A DNA stretch of 64,000 bases, from NCBI GenBank assembly GCA_022703765.1, contig JAKJHQ010000001.1, positions 81,854 through 145,853 of the forward strand, written 5' to 3'. Positions 37,076 to 47,387 of this stretch are shown here, piece after piece. The position numbers were made by a program, and so were the translations under genes. Source of the stretch: Candidatus Wallbacteria bacterium. GTDB lineage: Bacteria; Muiribacteriota; UBA9980. Each line of letters begins with the position of its first letter. Position 1 is the stretch's first letter. The notes under the pieces were generated by a model that was not told the DNA's origin, made no database searches, and saw only the letters and a program-made list of their open reading frames with translations.

Positions 37076-37606
37076 TTATATTTGTTCAGAGCTTAGCAAT
37101 CCGCGCTTATTTTTCCGAGAAATGCTCTTCATAAAGGATCTTGAGATCGAGCGCGCTATCGCGCTGAAATCCGAGCCATTGCGGTATTGCGGCAGTTCCT
37201 TCAGCCATTCGCATTTTACCCAGTCGGCGCGGTCGGATTCATAATCGTAGAATATTATAAGGCGGGGTTTTTCTATGATAAAATAGTCGTAGAAGTTGGT
37301 AGATTTCTTTTTGCACTTATCGCGGTATTTTTCGATAGCGGAATTTTTCGGGCTTTCCAATAAATCTCTTATTTCTTCCGCGCAGGGAAGGGCGGAATCC
37401 CGGGCCGGGCCTGTCAAAGACGAAAGCTTGCAGCGCGGGAGTTTTGCAAGTTTCGATTCCGCGACCGGTTCGCCGGCCGTTTTTTCGGGTGGCCCGGCTT
37501 CGGCGCACCTTTGAAAATTATAGTTCGGCACGAACAGAAAAGCTATCGCTAAAAACAATAGAATAAACGATCCGTATTTTGATTTGAATTTCAAAAAAAA
37601 TTTCAT
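37076..37606 (-). CDS. Hypothetical secreted protein
   Basis: N-terminal signal/TM (FILLFLAIAFLFV). No recognisable motifs. Confidence 0.3.
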   Translation of the reverse strand: MKFFLKFKSKYGSFILLFLAIAFLFVPNYNFQRCAEAGPPEKTAGEPVAESKLAKLPRCKLSSLTGPARDSALPCAEEIRDLLESPKNSAIEKYRDKCKKKSTNFYDYFIIEKPRLIIFYDYESDRADWVKCEWLKELPQYRNGSDFSAIARSISRSFMKSISRKNKRGLLSSEQI

Positions 37607-37729
37607 TTTGTGTTTCCTTGATTTATAAGCGTTACGGCCGGTTATTATAATCTATGAAAATTATTGCAGCAAAAAAGAAAAATCAATGTCAATATAATAT
37701 CTTTCGCGCAATACCCTTCGCATCAGGTA

Positions 37730-38575
37730 TCACTTAATGAATTTATTTTCGTCGAGTTCCCTGAAGGCGAGAGCGAGTTCTTCCTTCGTGTTCATGACGA
37801 TAGGCCCGCCCCACGCCACGGGCTCTTTAAGCGGTTTCGCGGCCAGCAGCAGGAACCGCGCGCCTCCGCTTTCGGCCTTCGCGGTAAATGCACCGCCTTT
37901 ATCGAAAAGTACGGCGTTTTTTTCTTTTATAAGTTCGCCGCCGGAGGCGGCGAAGCGCAGCGCGCCGTCGAAGATATAAATGAAAAGCGTGTCGGTTTCC
38001 TTCGTATCAATAGACCATTCGGCGACGGGCTTGAGTTCGACGTCGAGGTAGTCCGGCTTCACGTGCTCGCCCTGCATGGCGCCGCGCGTTCCCCTGTATT
38101 CGCCGGAAATAACGCGGACGGTAGCGCCGCATTCCTCTTCTATCGCCGGTATGTCGTTATCGAGTATGTCGTTGTATTTAGGCTTTGTCATCTTGTCCTT
38201 AGCCGGAAGATTCAGCCAAATCTGTGCGCCGAGCATCCGTTTCGAGGCCTTAGGCATTTCCTGGTGAATGATGCCGCTTCCGGCGGTCATCCACTGGCAG
38301 CCGCCGTCAATGATCTCGCCGTTGTTGCCCAGGCTGTCGCCGTGCTCTATTTTGCCTTTTACGAGGTAGGTTATGGTTTCGATCCCTCTGTGCGGGTGCC
38401 ACGGAAAGCCTTTTATATAATCCAGCGGGTCAGTCGAGTCGAACGCGTCGAGCATAAGGAACGGGTCGAAATCGGCCGTATCACGATTGCCAAAAACCCT
38501 TACCAGGCTAACTCCCGCGCCATCGACCGTCCGGGCTCCCGAAACTATCCTGAGTATTTTGCGTTCTTCTTTCAT
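37730..38575 (-). CDS. Pirin-family protein (bicupin)
   Basis: FPWHPHRGIETITYLVKG...GDS and QWMTAGSGIIHQE, the pirin metal-binding signatures. Confidence 0.8.
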   Translation of the reverse strand: MKEERKILRIVSGARTVDGAGVSLVRVFGNRDTADFDPFLMLDAFDSTDPLDYIKGFPWHPHRGIETITYLVKGKIEHGDSLGNNGEIIDGGCQWMTAGSGIIHQEMPKASKRMLGAQIWLNLPAKDKMTKPKYNDILDNDIPAIEEECGATVRVISGEYRGTRGAMQGEHVKPDYLDVELKPVAEWSIDTKETDTLFIYIFDGALRFAASGGELIKEKNAVLFDKGGAFTAKAESGGARFLLLAAKPLKEPVAWGGPIVMNTKEELALAFRELDENKFIK

Positions 38576-39117
38576 GTCAAATTCCTCTTTCGATATTCAT
38601 TTTCGATTAAAGACATCATAATGAAATCGTGATATTTTCCCTTACAGAAATATCCGTCTTTCAGTTTTCCCTCTTCATTAAATCCTATACTTTTCCAGAA
38701 TTTTAAGCCATTTTCATTAAACCCCGCGACGCCTATGGCAAGCCTGTGAAAATTAAGACTATTAAATCCATAATCGAGCATCAGCTCCGCCGTTTCTTTT
38801 CCGAATCCTTTTTTCCAATAATTTTTATCCCATATTATCAAAGAGTAGTCCGCGGTCCGCCATGGCGTAAATATTCTCAAAAAACCAGTTTCGCCTATTA
38901 TTTTACCGGTTTCCCTATCGACGATGACAAACCATATTCTATCGTCCGTTTTCTGGCATTTTTCATAGAAATCTTCCATACTCCGCTCGGTCATCGGAAA
39001 GACCTCGCCTGACAGTTCGCCGATTTCTCTATCGGACATTAAATTTTCAAGTTCCTTTAAATCGCATCTTTGAATAGTTCTTAAAACAATTCTTCCGCCT
39101 GTAAGAAAGATCCCCAT
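38572..39117 (-). CDS. GNAT family N-acetyltransferase (RimJ/RimL-like)
   Basis: The acetyl-CoA binding region is WKKGFGKETAELMLDYGF. The start was set at 39117 because the RBS AAGGAGG sits 4 nt upstream of that ATG. The longer ORF overlaps tspO. Confidence 0.7.
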   Translation of the reverse strand: MGIFLTGGRIVLRTIQRCDLKELENLMSDREIGELSGEVFPMTERSMEDFYEKCQKTDDRIWFVIVDRETGKIIGETGFLRIFTPWRTADYSLIIWDKNYWKKGFGKETAELMLDYGFNSLNFHRLAIGVAGFNENGLKFWKSIGFNEEGKLKDGYFCKGKYHDFIMMSLIENEYRKRNLT

Positions 39118-39179
39118 AGTTCCTCCTTTAATCAGAGATAGCATACCTTTTAGCGGCTCGGCACCGCCGAAGCCGCCCT

Positions 39180-39665
39180 TTAACCGTTGAGCCTCCAGTA
39201 TTCGAAGTTGAGCAGTGCAGCGAAACTCACCCATAGTATATAAGGAATCAATAATATTCCTGCCGCCGGCGATATTTTATAAAACGCGAATATATTCCAC
39301 AGTATGAGAAACCACAGTACCGTAATTACGACGAGCCCCGCCAGAGTGGACTTCATGCCGAAAAACGCGGCGGACCACATGACATTGAAAAAAAGCTGGG
39401 CTGAAAATATGGCGAAAGCTTTCTTATTTTGGGATAATGACGCTTCCGGCCGCGCGGCCAGGTAAAGCGATATCCCCATCAAAACGAAAATAGTTATCCA
39501 AACCGGAGCGAAGACCTGGTTAGGCGGCGCAAAAGAAGGCCTCACAAGAGTCCGGTACCAGTTTTCCAACGAGGCGCGCGTGAAAAACGATCCTATTATT
39601 CCCGCCGCCTGGCAGAGTATAATTGAAGCAAAAAGCTTTAACATACGATTAACCCCGCCATCCAT
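39180..39665 (-). CDS. tspO: TspO/MBR family tryptophan-rich sensory protein
   Basis: About 160 aa with five TM helices and Trp-rich conserved positions (NWY...PSFAPP...FAPVW...W). Confidence 0.7.
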   Translation of the reverse strand: MDGGVNRMLKLFASIILCQAAGIIGSFFTRASLENWYRTLVRPSFAPPNQVFAPVWITIFVLMGISLYLAARPEASLSQNKKAFAIFSAQLFFNVMWSAAFFGMKSTLAGLVVITVLWFLILWNIFAFYKISPAAGILLIPYILWVSFAALLNFEYWRLNG

Positions 39666-40164
39666 TGTAATGCACTTTAGACTCGTCGTAACGCTTCTGC
39701 GGGCTCAATTTCCTGACCGGATGCCCTATCGCCACGACCGCGAGCGTAATTATGCCTTCGGGCAGGCCCATAACCTTGCTTACGCTTTTTTCGCGTTCGG
39801 CGCGCGGATAAACGCCGAGCCAGACGGCGCCGAGGCCTTCGGCGTGGGCCGCCAGAAGGATGTTCTGAGTCGCCGCCGAGCAGTCTTGAACCCAGAATCC
39901 GGAATGTTTTTCGGCCTTTACATCGCCGCAAACGGCTATGGCCAGAGGAGCGCTTAAAAGCGAATCGGCGTAAGGATGGGCTTTAGCCAGTTCGTCCAGC
40001 ATTTCGCGGCCGGTAACGACGACGAACTGCCACGCCAATTGATTTCCGGCCGTAGGAGCGTTCATGGCCGCTTCCAATATTTTCTTGACAGTTTCTTTTT
40101 CAACCGGAATATTTTTAAAATTTCTGATACTGCGTCTGGTCATTATAGCTTCAAATAAATCCAT
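39649..40164 (-). CDS. Nitroreductase family protein
   Basis: MDLFEAIMTRRSIRNF...NAPTAGNQLAWQFVVV is the typical nitroreductase N-terminus. The start was set at the internal Met at 40164. Confidence 0.7.
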   Translation of the reverse strand: MDLFEAIMTRRSIRNFKNIPVEKETVKKILEAAMNAPTAGNQLAWQFVVVTGREMLDELAKAHPYADSLLSAPLAIAVCGDVKAEKHSGFWVQDCSAATQNILLAAHAEGLGAVWLGVYPRAEREKSVSKVMGLPEGIITLAVVAIGHPVRKLSPQKRYDESKVHYNGWRG

Positions 40165-40372
40165 TATATACTCCTTAAAAAAATTTTTAATAAAATGCCG
40201 GCAATGGTTTAGAATAACCAAATTTACCACAACATTCTACCATAACCGGCATACAAACGCAAGTGCAGCCGGCAGGATATCCTGGCGGGCCATCCCGATA
40301 CGCTTGACAATTGACCGTAAATTTTGTAAGATGAATTCGCACTTTCATTTTTATCAGCCAAGGAGAAACCTG

Positions 40373-43036
40373 ATGTTTTTTAAAAAATTTAAAATTAATT
40401 TACGACTCTCCGCCATGATTTTAATCTTTTTCTTTTCCTTTGCGGCGCAATCTTTTTCATTTGATTTTTCCATAAAGCCTTTTGAGGAATTCAAGCTTAT
40501 CGCCTACAAGCTCAACACTTACAAACAGGCCTTCAACCCCGAAAACAAATCTATTTCTCCCGGGCTCGACCACCTTAAAAAACAATATGAATCCACTTCT
40601 CGGGAGCTCGGCTCAAAAAAAGACGAGCTGGTCAATATTTTTAATTCGGCCGTTTCCGCGGACGAACGGCAGTCTATAAAAGCCGTAACCGATTACATAT
40701 GCAACGTCGCCAGCTCCGATCCTTCATACCCGGCTTTCAATTCGCTGCGCGGTATGTTCATACAGAAGATAGATTTTGAAATTATCTCATCGGGCGACAA
40801 TGCCGATAGAAAAGATTTCCTTCAAAAAATAAAAAACGACCTCGATAAAAAAGTCCTTATAGGCTCGACTCCTGTAATAACTTCCGGCTCGAAGAAAAAA
40901 AGCGGTAAAAATAAAATCCCGGTGTATATATCCTTTCACTGGCACATGCACCAGCCGATATACTGGCCTTACGAAGACATGGTAACGACGCATAACCGCG
41001 GCGTCTATTCTTACAGCCTTCTGGACGTCATGTACAGCCGCGAAGGCGCTTATACGTCCTGGCCTTACGAAGCCGTTAAAGCCGCCGCCGATGCAGGGCT
41101 TGCTCACGCAGGCGCGCAGGTGAGCTTTTCCGGTTCTCTAATAGAAAACCTCGATTCGATAAAAAAGGCGGGGCTCCGCTTCAACGGCTGGGAAGCCGCT
41201 TACAGCGCAGGAAGAAACATGAAAACCGCTCTCGAGAATCCCAGGCTGGACATGGTTTCGTTCGGATTCCATCACCCGCTGATGGCCCTTATAGATTACG
41301 AAGACATAAGAAAACAGATACAGGCCCACCGGAATATAACGCTCGGAACTTTCGGATCGCAGGCCGGATATTCCAAAGGAATATTCCCGCCGGAAAACGC
41401 ATTCGCCGAATGGATGATACCGGCGCTTGTAGACGAAGGTCTGCAGTGGGTATTCGTGGATAACATCCATTTTTCCCGCGCCTGTGAAAATTATCCGTGG
41501 GTGAAAGGCGAAAATCTTTACCCGCCGAACAAAGCCGATCAACGCAATCCCGATCCGAAGAACTGGGTACAGCTTTCGGGGCTATGGGCGCCTTCGAAGG
41601 TTACGCCCTGGGCGAACAGGCCTTACTATGTGGCTTATAAAGATCCGGCAAGCGGAAAACCTCAGACTACGCCCGACGGCAAAATAGCAAAAATGATAGC
41701 CGTGCCTACCGACCGCTATATGGGAAACGAAGACGGCCGCGGCGGCTTCGGCGCGCTAAACTACGAACAGGTGATGAGCCAGCTCGAAGAATACAATACC
41801 GACCCGAAACATCCGCTGCTCATAGTGCTTCATCACGACGGCGATAACTACGGCGGCGGATCATGGGGCTATTATCACGACAACTTCAAACGTTTCGTGG
41901 ACTGGGTGAAATCGAATCCCGAAAGGTTCGTATGCACGACGGTTCAAGACTACCTCGATAAATTCCCGCCCGACCCCGAAAATATAATACATGTAGAAAA
42001 CGGCTCCTGGGCCGGAGCGGATAACGGCGACCCCGAATTCCTGAAGTGGAACGGCGATCCCGATCCCAAAACAGGCTATTCGCCCGACCGAAATTCATGG
42101 GGAGTGCTTACTGCCGCTAAAAACTACGTGCTAACCGCAAACCAGGCAGACCCGGATTCGCCCGACGTTAAAAACGCCTGGAAATACATACTGGTAAGCG
42201 AAACTTCATGCTACGAATATTGGGACGGAACGGAAATGTGGGACAGTCATCCCACCCGGGCCGCCAACGGCGCCGTGGCGTTCGCCAAAAGCGCGCTTAA
42301 AGATAAAACCGATTTCAACGATAAAACCCCGCCGACAATTTATAAGCCGCAGCGCGAGCCTTATAATCCGGGCGGAATGGAATGGGGAGCGTCTCCGATG
42401 CCTTCCGATTTTACCGTTTGGACTTACGTTTATGACGTAAGCGGCCTTAAATACGTAAACCTTCAATACGCTATAGTCGAAAACGCGCGCGACGGCTTAA
42501 TAGGCGAGCAGTCATGGGCGAGCGTTCCGATGAGCGCAAGATCCATAGCCGCGCAGACGAACCCCAAACCTTCGGTCAAGGCCCTCGAATATTTCTATAA
42601 AATAGCCGGAAAGAAGAACGCCACTTACGCTTACAGGATCGCAGCCCTTGACGAATGCGGAAATATCGCATATTCACCCGTAAATTACGTCCACGTAGGC
42701 GACGCTTCAGGGCCGGAGCCGGAAAAGCCTTGCTGGACGCCGGAAAATCCCGGCGCCGGCGACACGATAACCATTACCTCCTCCAGGGCCGGAAAACTCC
42801 ATTGGGCAATCAACGGCTGGAAGATGCCGCCCGAATCGCTATGGCCCGCGGGAACGGTAAAGTGGAACGACGGAAAGGCCGTAGAAACGCTTCTCGTTCC
42901 TTCGGAAGACGGGAAAAGTTACTTCATAAAGTTAGGGCCTTTCAATAACGAAAGCGGCGCCGTCAGCGCCTTGAATTTCGTTTTTCATAACGCCGACGGC
43001 TCATGGGGAAGCGATAAAACTATAAATATAAAGTAA
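40373..43036 (+). CDS. Secreted GH57-family-like glycoside hydrolase with large C-terminal accessory domains
   Basis: The ATG at 40373 follows an AAGGAGAAACC RBS, and a signal peptide comes next. GH57-like regions are I HWHMHQP, III FPPENAFAEW and IV LHHDGDNYGG. The ORF-track N-terminal extension is spurious. Confidence 0.5.
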   Translation: MFFKKFKINLRLSAMILIFFFSFAAQSFSFDFSIKPFEEFKLIAYKLNTYKQAFNPENKSISPGLDHLKKQYESTSRELGSKKDELVNIFNSAVSADERQSIKAVTDYICNVASSDPSYPAFNSLRGMFIQKIDFEIISSGDNADRKDFLQKIKNDLDKKVLIGSTPVITSGSKKKSGKNKIPVYISFHWHMHQPIYWPYEDMVTTHNRGVYSYSLLDVMYSREGAYTSWPYEAVKAAADAGLAHAGAQVSFSGSLIENLDSIKKAGLRFNGWEAAYSAGRNMKTALENPRLDMVSFGFHHPLMALIDYEDIRKQIQAHRNITLGTFGSQAGYSKGIFPPENAFAEWMIPALVDEGLQWVFVDNIHFSRACENYPWVKGENLYPPNKADQRNPDPKNWVQLSGLWAPSKVTPWANRPYYVAYKDPASGKPQTTPDGKIAKMIAVPTDRYMGNEDGRGGFGALNYEQVMSQLEEYNTDPKHPLLIVLHHDGDNYGGGSWGYYHDNFKRFVDWVKSNPERFVCTTVQDYLDKFPPDPENIIHVENGSWAGADNGDPEFLKWNGDPDPKTGYSPDRNSWGVLTAAKNYVLTANQADPDSPDVKNAWKYILVSETSCYEYWDGTEMWDSHPTRAANGAVAFAKSALKDKTDFNDKTPPTIYKPQREPYNPGGMEWGASPMPSDFTVWTYVYDVSGLKYVNLQYAIVENARDGLIGEQSWASVPMSARSIAAQTNPKPSVKALEYFYKIAGKKNATYAYRIAALDECGNIAYSPVNYVHVGDASGPEPEKPCWTPENPGAGDTITITSSRAGKLHWAINGWKMPPESLWPAGTVKWNDGKAVETLLVPSEDGKSYFIKLGPFNNESGAVSALNFVFHNADGSWGSDKTINIK

Positions 43037-43045
43037 ATATAAAAA

Positions 43046-44080
43046 TTACCACTGGTCCTGCATATCGTATGGTATCATTTCAAGCGCCGAGCTGAGGCTG
43101 TGCGGCTCGGTCGATTTGATCTCCGTATCTATCATCTGCATGTGGTGTTTTTCTTCGTCGGCGAGCATTTCCCATATTTTCTTTATGCTTTTATCTTTAG
43201 TCTTCTTCGCCGCGTCGTTATATATTGCGTAAGATTCCCTTTCGGCGTCGAGAGCATAGTTTAAAACGTCCTTCAGTGGAAGGTTAGAAACGTCTTTAGC
43301 GAAATTTTTATTCATGAAAAGTTTAGTGTTGGTGTAAAGAAGGCCGCCCGACATTTTTTTAAGAAGCCCCTGGCAATATCCCACGTGGTCTTTTTCATTG
43401 GCCGCCAGAAACATGAACTTAGAGCTTACGTTTTCGCTGGTGGAATTTTTAGCCATTTCCGTATAAAAAACATTGGCGGTAATTTCTTTGCATATCGACA
43501 GCTTGAGGACCGACGAAGGCCGATCGGCTTTAGCTGCGCCTGATTTGACCGACAGCTTTCCGCCGGATAAAAGCTCGCCCAGTATGGCCTGGTTGAAAAC
43601 GTCGAGATCGTCGGGAGTCCTGGCTGTGATGATGTTTCCGTCCTGAAGGGTCGTTTCATCGCTATAGCGGGCGCCGGCGAATTTAAGGTCGTCTCTTATT
43701 CCAACATAGCTGGTCATGCAAACGCCGCCCATGAGGCCTGTAGATATGAGCACCTGCGGGCCGTGGCAGATCGCAGCGACGATTTTTTCATTTTCTATGA
43801 AATGTCTCGTAAAATTAATCGCTATATCGTGCACTCTGAGATATTCGGGCGCGGCGCCTCCGGGGATTATTATGCCGTCGTAATTTTCGGCCGATACGTC
43901 GCTAAAGCCGAGCTTTACGTCGACGGTTTCGCGGCCGTACTTACCTTTATATTTTCCGGGTTTGAGCGCTATGTAATCAACTTCTACGCCGTTTTTCTTC
44001 AAAAACTTAAAAGGCGAAACGCCCTCTTCGTCCTGAAAATTTTCCGCGATTATAAATGCCAGTCTTTTTTTATCTGCCAT
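43046..44080 (-). CDS. DJ-1/PfpI-family protein fused to a C-terminal ferritin/rubrerythrin-like four-helix-bundle domain
   Basis: Nucleophile-elbow motif AAICHGPQVL, and C-terminal E-x-x-H-type motifs (DAERESYAIYN...ADEEKHHMQMID). Confidence 0.6.
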   Translation of the reverse strand: MADKKRLAFIIAENFQDEEGVSPFKFLKKNGVEVDYIALKPGKYKGKYGRETVDVKLGFSDVSAENYDGIIIPGGAAPEYLRVHDIAINFTRHFIENEKIVAAICHGPQVLISTGLMGGVCMTSYVGIRDDLKFAGARYSDETTLQDGNIITARTPDDLDVFNQAILGELLSGGKLSVKSGAAKADRPSSVLKLSICKEITANVFYTEMAKNSTSENVSSKFMFLAANEKDHVGYCQGLLKKMSGGLLYTNTKLFMNKNFAKDVSNLPLKDVLNYALDAERESYAIYNDAAKKTKDKSIKKIWEMLADEEKHHMQMIDTEIKSTEPHSLSSALEMIPYDMQDQW

Positions 44081-44200
44081 GAGAATCCCTCCTGTTATTT
44101 ACTGATAAGCGCTATTTTTCAGGCGCACGGGCGCCGGTCTTATTAATATTTTTTCTATTGAATTATTATAACACAACGCATGATATTTTTAAATAAAATT

Positions 44201-45484
44201 TTAAGAATTGTGAAGCAGGCCTTTTTTGATATATACGGCGTTAGCGTGTTCTCTGAAAGTTGAAAGGCCCGAATTAAAAAAGCGCGATGAAACGAAACAA
44301 AAAAAACCGCAAACGAAAAGGGTGGCGGGAGCGCCTATATGTTTTGAAAGCACCCCTGACATAAGGCTTCCGAACGGGGCCATTCCGATAAGGGCCATAA
44401 CGTATATGCTCATCACGCGGCCGCGTTTATCGTCGTCGGAAAGAGTTTGCAGCATGGTATTACATGCCGCCATACAGGTTATCATTCCTATTCCGGTGAT
44501 ATACATAAAAAAAAGCGAAAGGGCGAAAGAGCGGGAAACGGAAAAAAGCATAAGGCCTATTCCAAGAATACCGGCGCTTCTGGCGGCGACCTTTTCAAGC
44601 CCGGCGAAGCTGCTGCGCGAAGCCATATAAGCTATTCCGCTGAGCGCTCCGCAGCCTACGGCGCCCATAAGATATCCGAGAGTATCCGCGGAGCCTTTTA
44701 AAATATCGCGCGCGAAAACCGGCATAAGGATATTGTATGATATGGACATGAAGCTCGTAACCCCGACAAGCTTAATTATCATCATGATCGGAGGGAAACC
44801 CGCGGCATATTTAAAGCCTTCTTTTATATTAGCTATAATATTCGGATTTTTATTGGTTATTTCACGAGGCACGATTTTCATAAGCAGCAAAGCTGTTATC
44901 ACGGCAACGTAACTCAGCGCGTTAAATAAAAAGCACGGCGTCTCGCCGAAGGCGCTGACTGTAAAACCTGCCACCGCCGGGCCTATGAGGCGCGCCGAAT
45001 TGAATATGGCCGAATTAAGCGCGATAGCGTTAGAAAGGTCTTCTTTATTATCGAGCATATCGACTATAAACGACTGGCGTATAGGAGCGTCGAAAGAATT
45101 TATAACCCCGAGCGTGAAAGTAAGCAGAATCGCCCGCCACACCTCGCCGTTGAACCTGTAAACGGCGTACGCAAGCGAGGACGCCTGAATCATGGCGCAA
45201 ATCTGTGTGAGCACGAGAAGGCGGTGCCTGTTGAAACGGTCCGCCAGCACTCCTGAAACCGGAGTCAGAAAAAACGACGGAATATATCCCATGAACCCCG
45301 TAAAGCCGAGCAGAAAAGAAGAGCCGGTTATTCTGTAAACATACCAACTCAGAGCGACCTGCTGCATCCATGTTCCGATAAGGGAAACGCCGTGGCCGAA
45401 GAAAAAAAGACGGTAATTGCGGCTCTTGAACGCGCGGAATAAATTTTTGAAAAAATAAGAAATTTTATCGGTTATATACGACAT
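44201..45484 (-). CDS. MFS transporter
   Basis: 12 predicted TM helices and the MFS signature region GVLADRFNRHRLL (the G-x-L-x-D-R-x-G-R-R-like loop 2-3). Confidence 0.7.
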   Translation of the reverse strand: MSYITDKISYFFKNLFRAFKSRNYRLFFFGHGVSLIGTWMQQVALSWYVYRITGSSFLLGFTGFMGYIPSFFLTPVSGVLADRFNRHRLLVLTQICAMIQASSLAYAVYRFNGEVWRAILLTFTLGVINSFDAPIRQSFIVDMLDNKEDLSNAIALNSAIFNSARLIGPAVAGFTVSAFGETPCFLFNALSYVAVITALLLMKIVPREITNKNPNIIANIKEGFKYAAGFPPIMMIIKLVGVTSFMSISYNILMPVFARDILKGSADTLGYLMGAVGCGALSGIAYMASRSSFAGLEKVAARSAGILGIGLMLFSVSRSFALSLFFMYITGIGMITCMAACNTMLQTLSDDDKRGRVMSIYVMALIGMAPFGSLMSGVLSKHIGAPATLFVCGFFCFVSSRFFNSGLSTFREHANAVYIKKGLLHNS

Positions 45485-45519
45485 AAAAAATACCTGTTCT
45501 AGTGAAAATATCGATATGT

Positions 45520-46833
45520 TTAACTTTCAGGAGTGACCTCTTCCGGAGAATAAGGGATAAAATAATCTATGCACATATATCCTGCGATAAACCCTCCCAG
45601 ATGGGCCGGCCACGAAACGCTCGAATACGCGCCGAGAAAAAAAGCCATCAGCACCTGGCCTATTACCCATATTCCGATATAATAGACGGCCGGGATTTTA
45701 AACGGATAGAAAAAAATAACCTGATAAAATTTAGCCCCTGGAAAAAGCCTTAGATATGCGCCCATAACGCCTGCGACCGCTCCTGAAGCTCCTATCAGGG
45801 GAATATCGGCCCCGTAAAAGAAAAAAGTGTTGGCCAGTCCGCCTATTATCCCCGTAAATAAATAAAAGCCCAGAAAACTCGCCTCGCGCTCGGCGGCGTC
45901 TTTTCTGTCGTAAAATATGTCGCATACGTTATCGCCGAAAACCCATAAGAAATACATATTGCCGATAAAATGCATCAAGCCGGCGTGAACGAACTGATAG
46001 CTGAATAAATTCAAAAAATATTTCACCGAAAGAAATTCCGCCGGAACAAGCCCCAGCGTATCATAGAATCCCCTTAAAACCTGGTATGCCCTGCTGAGTT
46101 CACCCATGGCGGAGGCGTTCGCGATTAACTTATAGGTAAGGACGAACACCAGCGAGTTTGCAGCGATTATAAAAACCAGCACCAGAGGGAAGTAATAACG
46201 CGGATTATAAACCTCCAGCGGCAGGTTTGAAAACAGGCAGAAAAGATAACTGGAAGCGGAAATAGGCTCATATTCAGAAGCGTATTCATAATTTATATTC
46301 TTATAGTGCATCAGGGCGTTTTTTTCTTCCGCCGGGGAAATCTTTACGGGCCGCGCCGGCGAATAAACTTCGTTGGAAGAAAGGTCCAGCCGTAAGAACG
46401 GCTGGGGCGCGGGGCCGGAAGGCCGCGGCGGATGCATGAAAGTGGTTTCCACTATAGTTTTGGGCCTTAACGCCGAAGGCTGCCTGAACACGGAGCCGTT
46501 CAGCTTCTGCCTGATCTTGTACAGTTCGCCGCTGGATAAAAAAGTCGCGAGGCACGAGCGGCAGAAATGCATTTCATAAATGAGATCGCCTTTGCTGGCG
46601 CTTATCTTATCCATATTGATTTCGCAGGCGGGGCATATAAGATTGGAGCCGTCGTAAGGCAGGCGCGAAAGTATGGTTTCCGCGTCCAGAGAACCGGAAA
46701 GGGCCTTTTTCATCTCGCCGCGGTCGTAATAAACGCCCTTACAGCGCGGACAAATATCGATAATCAAGTCTTTGACCGTGACTTTGTCCATTATCGTATT
46801 ATCCTGGCATTGCGGACATATTCTGGCGTTCAT
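45520..46833 (-). CDS. Rhomboid-family intramembrane serine protease with N-terminal Zn-ribbon domains
   Basis: Three CxxC...CxxC ribbons at the N-terminus. The rhomboid core carries the GASGAVAGVMGAY (GxSG) motif and the catalytic His in the TM6 region (AHLGGFIAG). Confidence 0.65.
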   Translation of the reverse strand: MNARICPQCQDNTIMDKVTVKDLIIDICPRCKGVYYDRGEMKKALSGSLDAETILSRLPYDGSNLICPACEINMDKISASKGDLIYEMHFCRSCLATFLSSGELYKIRQKLNGSVFRQPSALRPKTIVETTFMHPPRPSGPAPQPFLRLDLSSNEVYSPARPVKISPAEEKNALMHYKNINYEYASEYEPISASSYLFCLFSNLPLEVYNPRYYFPLVLVFIIAANSLVFVLTYKLIANASAMGELSRAYQVLRGFYDTLGLVPAEFLSVKYFLNLFSYQFVHAGLMHFIGNMYFLWVFGDNVCDIFYDRKDAAEREASFLGFYLFTGIIGGLANTFFFYGADIPLIGASGAVAGVMGAYLRLFPGAKFYQVIFFYPFKIPAVYYIGIWVIGQVLMAFFLGAYSSVSWPAHLGGFIAGYMCIDYFIPYSPEEVTPES

Positions 46834-46971
46834 AATAAAAACCCTGCTATTTTTTATAAAAATTTACGCTCATTTTAACAGTTTTTGATATATAATGCAA
46901 ATCAAAAAATTAAAGAGCAAAAAATAAAAACGCCCGTATCTTTAGATATGAGCGTTTTTATTCATGTAGAG

Positions 46972-47045
46972 TAGCGAAGGAGGGACTCGAACCCACGACA
47001 ACACGGTTATGAACCGTGTGCTCTAACCACCTGAGCTACTTCGCC
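46972..47045 (-). tRNA. tRNA-Met (anticodon CAT; elongator-type, possibly tRNA-Ile2)
   Basis: The reverse complement is GGCGAAGTAGCTCAGGTGGTTAGAGCACACGGTTCATAACCGTG...TTCGAGTCC...CTTCGCTA. Cloverleaf with a CAT anticodon. Confidence 0.8.
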
Positions 47046-47097
47046 ACATATTTGGTAAAAGCTCGGTTAACGTAAGTTTTGCCGAGCTTTTAATATA

Positions 47098-47172
<75 letters not shown>

Positions 47173-47181
47173 TCGTAAAAA

Positions 47182-47266
47182 TGCCTAGGGCCGGAATTGA
47201 ACCGGCACGGGGCCAAACCCCAACGGATTTTAAGTCCGCTGTGTCTACCAGTTCCACCACCCAGGC
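47182..47266 (-). tRNA. tRNA-Leu (anticodon TAA), class II with a long variable arm
   Basis: The reverse complement is GCCTGGGTGGTGGAACTGGTAGACACAGCGGACTTAAAATCCGTTGGGGTTTGGCCCCGTGCCGGTTCAATTCCGGCCCTAGGCA. Confidence 0.85.
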
Positions 47267-47387
47267 AACTGGTTTAACAGTAAATGTATTTTATCACATA
47301 TCGCTTTGTATGTCAAGAGAAAAAAGATATTAATTAATAATACACGTTTTTCGGGCCGTGAAATTACGCTGCCGTAAGCCTTATTCG

